Assembly (NCBI RefSeq): GCF_009914755.1
Contig: NC_060943.1
Length of the DNA: 64,000 nucleotides
Source: the human T2T-CHM13v2.0 reference genome, Homo sapiens
Direction: 5' to 3' (one strand)
Part shown: positions 31,044 through 44,900 of the stretch, in pieces
Numbering within the stretch: the first letter of the stretch is position 1
Layout of the letters: the number at the start of each line of letters is the position of its first letter
Translations under genes and position numbers: made by a program
The notes under the pieces: generated by a model
What the model saw: the letters and a program-made list of their open reading frames with translations, nothing else
Databases searched by the model: none
Told to the model about the DNA's origin: nothing

Positions 31044-33033
31044 TCTAGTCTAGTTAGAATGTGAAGGTGTCCCGTTTACAACGAATTCCTCCGAGAGCTC
31101 TAAATATCTGGAAGCAGATTCCACAAAAGCAGTGCTTCAAACCTGCTCTGTCAAAGGAAAGGTTCAGCTCGGGGAATTGAACACAAACATCACAAAGGAG
31201 TTTCTGAGAATGCTTCTGTCTAGTGTTTCTATGAAGATAATTCTTTTTCTACCATAGACAACAATACGTTGCAAATGAACACTTGCAGATTTCACGGAAA
31301 CTGTGTTTTAACACTGCTCTATCAAAACAAAGGTCCAAGTCTGTGAGTTGACTGCACACATCACAAAGCAGTTTCGGAGAATGATTCTGTCTAGCTTTTT
31401 ATGTAACGATATTTTCTTTGCACCAGAGGCAACAAAGCACACGGAATGAAATCTTGCGGATTCTACAAAAAGTGTGTTTCAACACTGCTCTATCCAAAGA
31501 AAGGTTCGAGTCCGTGAGTTGAACGCACACAACAGAAAGCAGTTTCTGAGGATGCTTCCGTCTGGTTTGTATGTGAAGTCATTTCCTTTTCCATCTAAAT
31601 CGCCTCAAATCGCTAAAAGATCCACTCGCAGATACTACAAAAAGACTTTCAAAACTGCTCTCTCAAAAGGAAGGTTCAACTGTGTGAGTTGAATGCACAC
31701 ATCACATAGCAGTTTTTGAGAACGCTTCTGTCTAGTTTGCATGTGAAGAGATTCCATTTACAACGAATTCCTCAAAGAGCTCCAATTATCCACAAGCAGA
31801 GTCTACAAAAGCAGTGTTTTGAAACTGCTCTATCAATAGAAAGGTTCAACTCTGTAAATTGAACACACACACATCCAAAGGAGTTTCTGAGAATCCTTCT
31901 GTCTAGTTTTTATTTGAAGATATTTCTTTTTCCACCATAGGCAACAAAGGGCTCCAAAGGAACTCTTGCGGATTCTACAAAAAGCGTGTTTCCACACTGC
32001 TCTATCAAAAGAAAGTTTCAAGTCTGTGAGTTGAATTGCACACATCCCAGTGAACTTTCGGAAAATGCATGGGTCTACTTTTCATGTGAAGATACCCGTT
32101 TCCAACGAATTCTTCAAAGAGTTCCAAGTATCCACAAGCAGATTCTACAAAAGGAGTGCTTAAATGCTGGTCTATCTAAAGAGAGATTCAACTCTGTTAG
32201 TTAAATGCACACATCTCAGTGAAGTTCCTGAGAATGCTTCTTTCTAGTTCTTATGTGAATGTATCTCCTTTTCCACCATAGGCTTCAAAGCGCTCCAAAT
32301 GAGAACTGGCAGATCCTCATAAAAGACGGCCTCAAAACCGCTCTATCAAAAGAAGGGTTCCACTCCAAGAGGTGAATTCACATATCACGAAGAAGTTTCT
32401 GAGAATGCTTCTGTCCAAATTGTATGTGAAGATATTCCCTTTTCCATCATAGGCCTCAAGTCGCTCTAAATATCCAATTTCAGATACTACAAAAAGACTG
32501 TTTCAAAACTGCTCTCTCAAAGGGAAGGTTCAAGTCCGTGAGTTGAATGCACACATCACAAAGCAGTTCCTGAGAATGCTTCTGTCTAGTTTGTATCTGA
32601 AGTTATTTCCTTTTCCATCATAGGCCTCAAATCGCTCCAAATATCCACTTGTAAATACTACAAAAAGACTGTTTCAAAAGTTCTCTCTCAAAAGGAAGGT
32701 TCAACTCTGTGAGTTGAATGCACACATCACAAGGCAGTTTCTGAAAATGCTTCCGTCTAGTTTTTTATTTGAAGGTATTTCCTTTTCCTTCTTCGGCCTC
32801 AAATCACTGCAAATATCCACTTGCAGATACTACAAAAAGACTGTTTCAAAACCGCTCTCTCAAAAGGAAGGTTCGACTCCGTGAGTTGAATGCACACGTT
32901 ACGCAGCAGTTTCTGAGAATGCTTCTGTCTATTTTTCAGGTGAAGATATCACTTTTTCCAACATACGTAAAAAAGTACTTGAAATGAACACTTGCAGATT
33001 CTACAAAAAGGATGTTTCAACACTGCTCTATCA

Positions 33034-33255
<222 letters not shown>

Positions 33256-36200
33256 TCACAAAGGAGTTTCAGAGAATGCTTCTGTCTAGTGTTTAGGTGA
33301 CGATATTACCTTTTCCCACATAGGCAACAAAGCGCTCCAAATGAATACTTGTGGGTTCTACAAGAAGTGTGTTTCAACACTGCTCTATCAAAAGAAAGTT
33401 TCCAGTCTGTGAGTTGAATGCACACATCACAACGAACTTTCTGAGAATGCTTGGGTCTACTTTTTATGTGAAGATACCCGTTTCCAACGAATAACTCAAA
33501 GAGTTCCAAATATACACAGTCAGGTACTGCAAAAGGAGTGTTTCACTCCTGCTCTGTCAAAAGACAGTTTCAACTCTGTTAGTTGAATGCACACATCTCA
33601 ATGAAGTTCCTGAGAAGGCTTCTGCCTAGTTTTTTGTGAAGATATTCCCTTTTCCACCATAGGCTTCACAGCGTTCCAAATGTAAACTTGCAGGTCCTAC
33701 AAAAAGACTGATTCAAAACTGCTCTCCCAAAAGGAAGGTTCAACTGTGTGAGTTGAATGCACACATCACAAAGCAGTTCCTGAGAATGCTTCTGTCTAGT
33801 TTGTATGTGAAGACATTTCCTTTTCCATCATAGGCCTCAAATCGCTCCCAATATCCACTTGCAGATGCTACAAAAATACGGTTTCAACACTGCTCTCTCC
33901 AATGGAAGGTTCAACTCTGTGAGTTGAAGGCACACATCACAAAGCAGTTTCTGAGAATGCTTCTGTCTAGTCTAGTTAGAATGTGAAGATGTCCCGTTTA
34001 CAACGAATTCCTCCGAGAGCTCTAAATATCTGGAAGCAGATTCCACAAAAGCAGTGCTTCAAACCTGCTCTATCAAAGGAAAGGTTCAGTTCGGGGAATT
34101 GAACACAAACATCACAAAGGAGTTTCTGAGAATGCTTCTGTCTAGTGTTTCTATGAAGATAATTCTTTTTCTACCATAGGCAACAACACGCTGCAAATGA
34201 ACACTTGCAGATTTCACAGAAACTGTGTTTTAACACTGCTCTATCAAAACAAAGGTCCAAGTCTGTGAGTTGACTGCACACATCACAAAGCAGTTTCGGA
34301 GAATGATTCTGTCTAGCTTTTTATGTAACGATATTTTCTTTGCACCAGAGGCAACAAAGCACACGGAATGAAATCTTGCGGATTCTACAAAAAGTGTGTT
34401 TCAACACTGCTCTATCCAAAGAAAGGTTCGAGTCCGTGAGTTGAACGCACACAACAGAAAGCAGTTTCTGAGGATGCTTCCGTCTGGTTTGTATGTGAAG
34501 TCATTTCCTTTTCCATCTAAATCGCCTCAAATCGCTAAAAGATCCACTCGCAGATACTACAAAAAGACTTTCAAAACTGCTCTCTCAAAAGGAATGTTCA
34601 AATGTGTGAGTTGAATGCGCACATCACATAGCAGTTTTTGAGAACGCTTCTGTCTAGTATGCATGTGAAGAGATTCCATTTACAACGAATTCCTCAAAGA
34701 GCTCCAAATATCCACAAGCAGAGTCTACAAAAGCAGTGTTTTGAAACTGCTCTATCAATAGAAAGGTTCAACTCTGTAAATTGAACACACACACATCCAA
34801 AGGAGTTTCTGAGAATCCTTCTGTCTAGTTTTTATTTGAAGATATTTCTTTTTCCACCGTAGGCAACAAAGCGCTCCAAAGGAACTCTTGCGGATTCTAC
34901 AAAAAGCGTGTTTCCACACTGCTCTATCCAAAGAAAGTTTCAAGTCTGTGAGTTGAATTGCACACATCCCAGTGAACTTTCGGAAAATGCATGGGTCTAC
35001 TTTTCATGTGAAGATACCCGTTTCCAACGAATTCTTCAAAGAGTTCCAAGTATCCACAAGCAGATTCTACAAAAGGAGTGCTTAAATGCTGGTCTATCTA
35101 AAGACAGATTCAACTCTGTTAGTTAAATGCACACATCTCAGTGAAGTTCCTGAGAATGCTTCTTTCTAGTTCTTATGTGAATGTATCTCCTTTTCCACCA
35201 TAGGCTTCACAGCGCTCCAAATGAGAACTGGCAGATCCTCATAAAAGACGGCCTCAAAACCGCTCTATCAGAAGAAGGGTTCCACTCCAAGAGGTGAATT
35301 CACATATCACGGAGAAGTTTCTGAGAATGCTTCTGTCCAACTTTTATGTGAAGATTTTCCCTTTTCCATCATAGGACTCAAGTCGCTCTAAATATCCAAT
35401 TTCAGATACTCCAAAAAGACTGTTTCAAAACTGCTCTCTCAAAGCGAAGGTTCAAGTCCGTGAGTTGAATGCACACATCACAAAGCAGTTCCTGAGAATG
35501 CTTCTGTCTAGTTTGTTTCTGAAGTTATTTCCTTTTCCATCATAGGCCTCAAATCGCTCCAAATATCCACTTGCAAATACTACAAAAAGACTGTTTCAAA
35601 AGTTCTCTCTCAAAAGGAAGGTTCAACTCTGTGAGTTGAATGCACACATCACAAGGCAGTTTCTGAAAATGCTTCCGTCTAGCTTTTTATTTGAAGGTAT
35701 TTCCTTTTCCTTCTTCGGCCTCAAATCACTGCAAATATCCACTTGCGGATACTACAAGAAGACTGTTTCAAAACCGCTCTCTCAAAAGGAAGGTTCGACT
35801 CCGTGAGTTGAATGCACACGTTACGAAGCAGTTTCTGAGAATGCTTCTGTCTATTTTTCAGGTGAAGATATCACTTTTTCCAACATACGTAAAAAAGTAC
35901 TCGAAATGAACACTTGCAGATTCTAGAAAAAGGATGTTTCAACACTGCTCTATCAAAAGAAAGGTTCAACGATGTGAATTGAACACACACATCACAAAGG
36001 AGTTTCAGAGAATGCTTCTGTCTAGTGTTTAGGTGACGATATTACCTTTTCCCACATAGGCAACAAAGCGCTCCAAATGAATACTTGTGGGTTCTACAAG
36101 AAGTGTGTTTCAACACTGCTCTATCAAAAGAAAGTTTCCAGTCTGTGAGTTGAATGCACACATCACAATGAACTTTCTGAGAATGCTTGGGTCTACTTTT

Positions 36201-36727
36201 TATGTGAAGATACCCGTTTCCAACGAATAACTCAAAGAGTTCCAAATATACACAGTCAGGTACTGCAAAAGGAGTGTTTCACTCCTGCTCTGTCAAAAGA
36301 CAGTTTCAACTCTGTTAGTTGAATGCACACATCTCAATGAAGTTCCTGAGAAGGCTTCTGCCTAGTTTTTTGTGAAGATATTCCCTTTTCCACCATAGGC
36401 TTCACAGCGCTCCAAATGAAAACTTGCAGGTCCTACAAAAAGACTGATTCAAAACTGCTCTCCCAAAAGGAAGGTTCAACTGTGTGAGTTGAATGCACAC
36501 ATCACAAAGCAGTTCCTGAGAATGCTTCTGTCTAGTTTGTATGTGAAGACATTTCCTTTTCCATCATAGGCCTCAAATCGCTCCAAATATCCACTTGCAG
36601 ATACTACAAAAATACCGTTTCAACACTGCTCTCTCCAATGGAAGGTTCAACTCTGTGAGTTGAATGCACACATCACAAAGCAGTTTCTGAGAATGCTTCT
36701 GTCTAGTCTAGTTAGAATGTGAAGGTG

Positions 36728-36744
36728 TCCCGTTTACAACGAAT
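36728..36744 (-). promoter_or_regulatory. CENP-B box core, HOR box 1 (recurs in each copy)
   Basis: + strand TCCCGTTTACAACGAAT; reverse complement fits TTCGnnnnAnnCGGG. Confidence 0.8.
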
Positions 36745-37749
36745 CCCTCCGAGAGCTCTAAATATCTGGAAGCAGATTCCACAAAAGCAGTGCTTCAAAC
36801 CTGCTCTGTCAAAGGAAAGGTTCAGCTCGGGGAATTGAACACAAACATCACAAAGGAGTTTCTGAGAATGCTTCTGTCTAGTGTTTCTATGAAGATAATT
36901 CTTTTTCTACCATAGGCAACAATACGCTGCAAATGAACCCTTGCAGATTTCACAGAAACTGTGTTTTAACACTGCTCTATCAAAACAAAGGTCCAAGTCT
37001 GTGAGTTGACTGCACACATCACAAAGCAGTTTCGGAGAATGATTCTGTCTAGCTTTTTATGTAACGATATTTTCTTTGCACCAGAGGCAACAAAGCACAC
37101 GGAATGAAATCTTGCGGATTCTACAAAAAGTGTGTTTCAACACCGCTCTATCCAAAGAAAGGTTCGAGTCCGTGAGTTGAACGCACACAACAGAAAGCAG
37201 TTTCTGAGGATGCTTCCGTCTGGTTTGTATGTGAAGTCATTTCCTTTTCCATCTAAATCGCCTCAAATCGCTAAAAGATCCACTCGCAGATACTACAAAA
37301 AGACTTTCAAAACTGCTCTCTCAAAAGGAAGGTTCAACTGTGTGAGTTGAATGCGCACATCACATAGCAGTTTTTGAGAACGCTTCTGTCTAGTTTGCAT
37401 GTGAAGAGATTCCATTTACAACGAATTCCTCAAAGAGCTCCAATTATCCACAAGCAGAGTCTACAAAAGCAGTGTTTTGAAACTGCTCTGTCAATAGAAA
37501 GGTTCAACTCTGTTAATTGAGCACACACATCCAAAGGAGTTTCTGAGAATCCTTCTGTCTAGTTTTTATTTGAAGATATTTCTTTTTCCACCGTAGGCAA
37601 CAAAGCGCTCCAAAGGAACTCTTGCGGATTCTACAAAAAGCGTGTTTCCACACTGCTCTATCAAAAGAAAGTTTCAAGTCTGTGAGTTGAATTGCACACA
37701 TCCCAGTGAACTTTCGGAAAATGCATGGGTCTACTTTTCATGTGAAGAT

Positions 37750-37766
37750 ACCCGTTTCCAACGAAT
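37750..37766 (-). promoter_or_regulatory. CENP-B box core, HOR box 2 (recurs in each copy)
   Basis: + strand ACCCGTTTCCAACGAAT. Confidence 0.82.
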
Positions 37767-38945
37767 TCTTCAAAGAGTTCCAAGTATCCACAAGCAGATT
37801 CTACAAAAGGAGTGCTTAAATGCTGGTCTATCTAAAGACAGATTCAACTCTGTTAGTTAAATGCACACATCTCAGTGAAGTTCCTGAGAATGCTTCTTTC
37901 TAGTTCTTATGTGAATGTATCTCCTTTTCCACCATAGGCTTCACAGCGCTCCAAATGAGAACTGGCAGATCCTCATAAAAGACGGCCTCAAAACCGCTCT
38001 ATCAAAAGAAGGGTTCCACTCCAAGAGGTGAATTCACATATCACGGAGAAGTTTCTGAGAATGCTTCTGTCCAATTTTTATGTGAAGATATTCCCTTTTC
38101 CATCATAGGACTCAAGTCGCTCTAAATATCCAATTTCAGATACTCCAAAAAGACTGTTTCAAAACTGCTCTCTCAAAGGGAAGGTTCAAGTCCGTGAGTT
38201 GAATGCACACATCACAAAGCAGTTCCTGAGAATGCTTCTGTCTAGTTTGTTTCTGAAGTTATTTCCTTTTCCATCATAGGCCTCAAATCGCTCCAAATAT
38301 CCACTTGCAAATACTACAAAAAGACTGTTTCAAAAGTTCTCTCTCAAAAGGAAGGTTCAACTCTGTGAGTTGAATGCACACATCACAAGGCAGTTTCTGA
38401 AAATGCTTCCGTCTAGCTTTTTATTTGAAGGTATTTCCTTTTCCTTCTTCGGCCTCAAATCACTGCAAATATCCACTTGCGGATACTACAAGAAGACTGT
38501 TTCAAAACCGCTCTCTCAAAAGGAAGGTTCGACTCCGTGAGTTGAATGCACACGTTACGAAGCAGTTTCTGAGAATGCTTCTGTCTATTTTTCAGGTGAA
38601 GATATCACTTTTTCCAACATACGTAAAAAAGTACTCGAAATGAACACTTGCAGATTCTACAAAAAGGATGTTTCAACACTGCTCTATCAAAAGAAAGGTT
38701 CAACGATGTGAATTGAACACACACATCACAAAGGAGTTTCAGAGAATGCTTCTGTCTAGTGTTTAGGTGACGATATTACCTTTTCCCACATAGGCAACAA
38801 AGCGCTCCAAATGAATACTTGTGGGTTCTACAAGAAGTGTGTTTCAACACTGCTCTATCAAAAGAAAGTTTCCAGTCTGTGAGTTGAATGCACACATCAC
38901 AACGAACTTTCTGAGAATGCTTGGGTCTACTTTTTATGTGAAGAT

Positions 38946-38962
38946 ACCCGTTTCCAACGAAT
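38946..38962 (-). promoter_or_regulatory. CENP-B box core, HOR box 3 (recurs in each copy)
   Basis: + strand ACCCGTTTCCAACGAAT. Confidence 0.82.
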
Positions 38963-41900
38963 AACTCAAAGAGTTCCAAATATACACAGTCAGGTACTGC
39001 AAAAGGAGTGTTTCACTCCTGCTCTGTCAAAAGACAGTTTCAACTCTGTTAGTTGAATGCACACATCTCAATGAAGTTCCTGAGAAGGCTTCTGCCTAGT
39101 TTTTTGTGAAGATATTCCCTTTTCCACCATAGGCTTCACAGCGCTCCAAATGAAAACTTGCAGGTCCTACAAAAAGACTGATTCAAAACTGCTCTCCCAA
39201 AAGGAAGGTTCAACTGTGTGAGTTGAATGCACACATCACAAAGCAGTTCCTGAGAATGCTTCTGTCTAGTTTGTATGTGAAGATATTTCCTTTTCCATCA
39301 TAGGCCTCAAATCGCTCCAAATATCCACTTGCAGATACTACAAAAATACCGTTTCAACACTGCTCTCTCCAATGGAAGGTTCAACTCTGTGAGTTGAATG
39401 CACACATCACAAAGCAGTTTCTGAGAATGCTTCTGTCTAGTCTAGTTAGAATGTGAAGATGTCCCGTTTACAACGAATCCCTCCGAGAGCTCTAAATATC
39501 TGGAAGCAGATTCCACAAAAGCAGTGCTTCAAACCTGCTCTGTCAAAGGAAAGGTTCAGCTCGGGGAATTGAACACAAACATCACAAAGGAGTTTCTGAG
39601 AATGCTTCTGTCTAGTGTTTCTATGAAGATAATTCTTTTTCTACCATAGGCAACAATATGCTGCAAATGAACCCTTGCAGATTTCACAGAAACTGTGTTT
39701 TAACACTGCTCTATCAAAACAAAGGTCCAAGTCTGTGAGTTGACTGCACACATCACAAAGCAGTTTCGGAGAATGATTCTGTCTAGCTTTTTATGTAACG
39801 ATATTTTCTTTGCACCAGAGGCAACAAAGCACACGGAATGAAATCTTGCGGATTCTACAAAAAGTGTGTTTCAACACCGCTCTATCCAAAGAAAGGTTCG
39901 AGTCCGTGAGTTGAACGCACACAACAGAAAGCAGTTTCTGAGGATGCTTCCGTCTGGTTTGTATGTGAAGTCATTTCCTTTTCCATCTAAATCGCCTCAA
40001 ATCGCTAAAAGATCCACTCGCAGATACTACAAAAAGACTTTCAAAACTGCTCTCTCAAAAGGAAGGTTCAACTGTGTGAGTTGAATGCGCACATCACATA
40101 GCAGTTTTTGAGAACGCTTCTGTCTAGTTTGCATGTGAAGAGATTCCATTTACAACGAATTCCTCAAAGAGCTCCAATTATCCACAAGCAGAGTCTACAA
40201 AAGCAGTGTTTTGAAACTGCTCTGTCAATAGAAAGGTTCAACTCTGTTAATTGAGCACACACATCCAAAGGAGTTTCTGAGAATCCTTCTGTCTAGTTTT
40301 TATTTGAAGATATTTCTTTTTCCACCGTAGGCAACAAAGCGCTCCAAAGGAACTCTTGCGGATTCTACAAAAAGCGTGTTTCCACACTGCTCTATCAAAA
40401 GAAAGTTTCAAGTCTGTGAGTTGAATTGCACACATCCCAGTGAACTTTCGGAAAATGCATGGGTCTACTTTTCATGTGAAGATACCCGTTTCCAACGAAT
40501 TCTTCAAAGAGTTCCAAGTATCCACAAGCAGATTCTACAAAAGGAGTGCTTAAATGCTGGTCTATCTAAAGACAGATTCAACTCTGTTAGTTAAATGCAC
40601 ACATCTCAGTGAAGTTCCTGAGAATGCTTCTTTCTAGTTCTTATGTGAATGTATCTCCTTTTCCACCATAGGCTTCACAGCGCTCCAAATGAGAACTGGC
40701 AGATCCTCATAAAAGACGGCCTCAAAACCGCTCTATCAAAAGAAGGGTTCCACTCCAAGAGGTGAATTCACATATCACGGAGAAGTTTCTGAGAATGCTT
40801 CTGTCCAATTTTTATGTGAAGATATTCCCTTTTCCATCATAGGACTCAAGTCGCTCTAAATATCCAATTTCAGATACTCCAAAAAGACTGTTTCAAAACT
40901 GCTCTCTCAAAGGGAAGGTTCAAGTCCGTGAGTTGAATGCACACATCACAAAGCAGTTCCTGAGAATGCTTCTGTCTAGTTTGTTTCTGAAGTTATTTCC
41001 TTTTCCATCATAGGCCTCAAATCGCTCCAAATATCCACTTGCAAATACTACAAAAAGACTGTTTCAAAAGTTCTCTCTCAAAAGGAAGGTTCAACTCTGT
41101 GAGTTGAATGCACACATCACAAGGCAGTTTCTGAAAATGCTTCCGTCTAGCTTTTTATTTGAAGGTATTTCCTTTTCCTTCTTCGGCCTCAAATCACTGC
41201 AAATATCCACTTGCGGATACTACAAGAAGACTGTTTCAAAACCGCTCTCTCAAAAGGAAGGTTCGACTCCGTGAGTTGAATGCACACGTTACGAAGCAGT
41301 TTCTGAGAATGCTTCTGTCTATTTTTCAGGTGAAGATATCACTTTTTCCAACATACGTAAAAAAGTACTCGAAATGAACACTTGCAGATTCTACAAAAAG
41401 GATGTTTCAACACTGCTCTATCAAAAGAAAGGTTCAACGATGTGAATTGAACACACACATCACAAAGGAGTTTCAGAGAATGCTTCTGTCTAGTGTTTAG
41501 GTGACGATATTACCTTTTCCCACATAGGCAACAAAGCGCTCCAAATGAATACTTGTGGGTTCTACAAGAAGTGTGTTTCAACACTGCTCTATCAAAAGAA
41601 AGTTTCCAGTCTGTGAGTTGAATGCACACATCACAACGAACTTTCTGAGAATGCTTGGGTCTACTTTTTATGTGAAGATACCCGTTTCCAACGAATAACT
41701 CAAAGAGTTCCAAATATACACAGTCAGGTACTGCAAAAAGAGTGTTTCACTCCTGCTCTGTCAAAAGACAGTTTCAACTCTGTTAGTTGAATGCACACAT
41801 CTCAATGAAGTTCCTGAGAAGGCTTCTGCCTAGTTTTTTGTGAAGATATTCCCTTTTCCACCATAGGCTTCACAGCGCTCCAAATGAAAACTTGCAGGTC

Positions 41901-44900
41901 CTACAAAAAGACTGATTCAAAACTGCTCTCCCAAAAGGAAGGTTCAACTGTGTGAGTTGAATGCACACATCACAAAGCAGTTCCTGAGAATGCTTCTGTC
42001 TAGTTTGTATGTGAAGATATTTCCTTTTCCATCATAGGCCTCAAATCGCTCCAAATATCCACTTGCAGATACTACAAAAATACCGTTTCAACACTGCTCT
42101 CTCCAATGGAAGGTTCAACTCTGTGAGTTGAATGCACACATCACAAAGCAGTTTCTGAGAATGCTTCTGTCTAGTCTAGTTAGAATGTGAAGATGTCCCG
42201 TTTACAACGAATTCCTCCGAGAGCTCTAAATATCTGGAAGCAGATTCCACAAAAGCAGTGCTTCAAACCTGCTCTATCAAAGGAAAGGTTCAGCTCGGGG
42301 AATTGAACACAAACATCACAAAGGAGTTTCTGAGAATGCTTCTGTCTAGTGTTTCTATGAAGATAATTCTTTTTCTACCATAGGCAACAATACGCTGCAA
42401 ATGAACCCTTGCAGATTTCACAGAAACTGTGTTTTAACACTGCTCTATCAAAACAAAGGTCCAAGTCTGTGAGTTGACTGCACACATCACAAAGCAGTTT
42501 CGGAGAATGATTCTGTCTAGCTTTTTATGTAACGATATTTTCTTTGCACCAGAGGCAACAAAGCACACGGAATGAAATCTTGCGGATTCTACAAAAAGTG
42601 TGTTTCAACACCGCTCTATCCAAAGAAAGGTTCGAGTCCGTGAGTTGAACGCACACAACAGAAAGCAGTTTCTGAGGATGCTTCTGTCTGGTTTGTATGT
42701 GAAGTCATTTCCTTTTCCATCTAAATCGCCTCAAATCGCTAAAAGATCCACTCGCAGATACTACAAAAAGACTTTCAAAACTGCTCTCTCAAAAGGAAGG
42801 TTCAACTGTGTGAGTTGAATGCGCACATCACATAGCAGTTTTTGAGAACGCTTCTGTCTAGTTTGCATGTGAAGAGATTCCATTTACAACGAATTCCTCA
42901 AAGAGCTCCAATTATCCACAACAGAGTCTACAAAAGCAGTGTTTTGAAACTGCTCTGTCAATAGAAAGGTTCAACTCTGTAAATTGAGCACACACATCCA
43001 AAGGAGTTTCTGAGAATCCTTCTCTCTAGTTTTTAATTGAAGATATTTCTTTTTCCACCGTAGGCAACAAAGCGCTCCAAAGGAACTCTTGCGGATTCTA
43101 CAAAAAGCGTGTTTCCACACTGCTCTATCAAAAGAAAGTTTCAAGTCTGTGAGTTGAATTGCACACATCCCAGTGAACTTTCGGAAAATGCATGGGTCTA
43201 CTTTTCATGTGAAGATACCCGTTTCCAACGAATTCTTCAAAGAGTTCCAAGTATCCACAAGCAGATTCTACAAAAGGAGTGCTTAAATGCTGGTCTATCT
43301 AAAGACAGATTCAACTCTGTTAGTTAAATGCACACATCTCAGTGAAGTTCCTGAGAATGCTTCTTTCTAGTTCTTATGTGAATGTATCTCCTTTTCCACC
43401 ATAGGCTTCACAGCGCTCCAAATGAGAACTGGCAGATCCTCATAAAAGACGGCCTCAAAACCGCTCTATCAAAAGAAGGGTTCCACTCCAAGAGGTGAAT
43501 TCACATATCACGGAGAAGTTTCTGAGAATGCTTCTGTCCAATTTTTATGTGAAGATTTTCCCTTTTCCATCATAGGACTCAAGTCGCTCTAAATATCCAA
43601 TTTCAGATACTCCAAAAAGACTGTTTCAAAACTGCTCTCTCAAAGGGAAGGTTCAAGTCCGTGAGTTGAATGCACACATCACAAAGCAGTTCCTGAGAAT
43701 GCTTCTGTCTAGTTTGTTTCTGAAGTTATTTCCTTTTCCATCATAGGCCTCAAATCGCTCCAAATATCCACTTGCAAATACTACAAAAAGACTGTTTCAA
43801 AAGTTCTCTCTCAAAAGGAAGGTTCAACTCTGTGAGTTGAATGCACACATCACAAGGCAGTTTCTGAAAATGCTTCCGTCTAGCTTTTTATTTGAAGGTA
43901 TTTCCTTTTCCTTCTTCGGCCTCAAATCACTGCAAATATCCACTTGCGGATACTACAAGAAGACTGTTTCAAAACCGCTCTCTCAAAAGGAAGGTTCGAC
44001 TCCGTGAGTTGAATGCACACGTTACGAAGCAGTTTCTGAGAATGCTTCTGTCTATTTTTCAGGTGAAGATATCACTTTTTCCAACATACGTAAAAAAGTA
44101 CTCGAAATGAACACTTGCAGATTCTACAAAAAGGATGTTTCAACACTGCTCTATCAAAAGAAAGGTTCAACGATGTGAATTGAACACACACATCACAAAG
44201 GAGTTTCAGAGAATGCTTCTGTCTAGTGTTTAGGTGACGATATTACCTTTTCCCACATAGGCAACAAAGCGCTCCAAATGAATACTTGTGGGTTCTACAA
44301 GAAGTGTGTTTCAACACTGCTCTATCAAAAGAAAGTTTCCAGTCTGTGAGTTGAATGCACACATCACAACGAACTTTCTGAGAATGCTTGGGTCTACTTT
44401 TTATGTGAAGATACCCGTTTCCAACGAATAACTCAAAGAGTTCCAAATATACACAGTCAGGTACTGCAAAAGGAGTGTTTCACTCCTGCTCTGTCAAAAG
44501 ACAGTTTCAACTCTGTTAGTTGAATGCACACATCTCAATGAAGTTCCTGAGAAGGCTTCTGCCTAGTTTTTTGTGAAGATATTCCCTTTTCCACCATAGG
44601 CTTCACAGCGCTCCAAATGAAAACTTGCAGGTCCTACAAAAAGACTGATTCAAAACTGCTCTCCCAAAAGGAAGGTTCAACTGTGTGAGTTGAATGCACA
44701 CATCACAAAGCAGTTCCTGAGAATGCTTCTGTCTAGTTTGTATGTGAAGACATTTCCTTTTCCATCATAGGCCTCAAATCGCTCCAAATATCCACTTGCA
44801 GATACTACAAAAATACCGTTTCAACACTGCTCTCTCCAATGGAAGGTTCAACTCTGTGAGTTGAATGCACACATCACAAAGCAGTTTCTGAGAATGCTTC

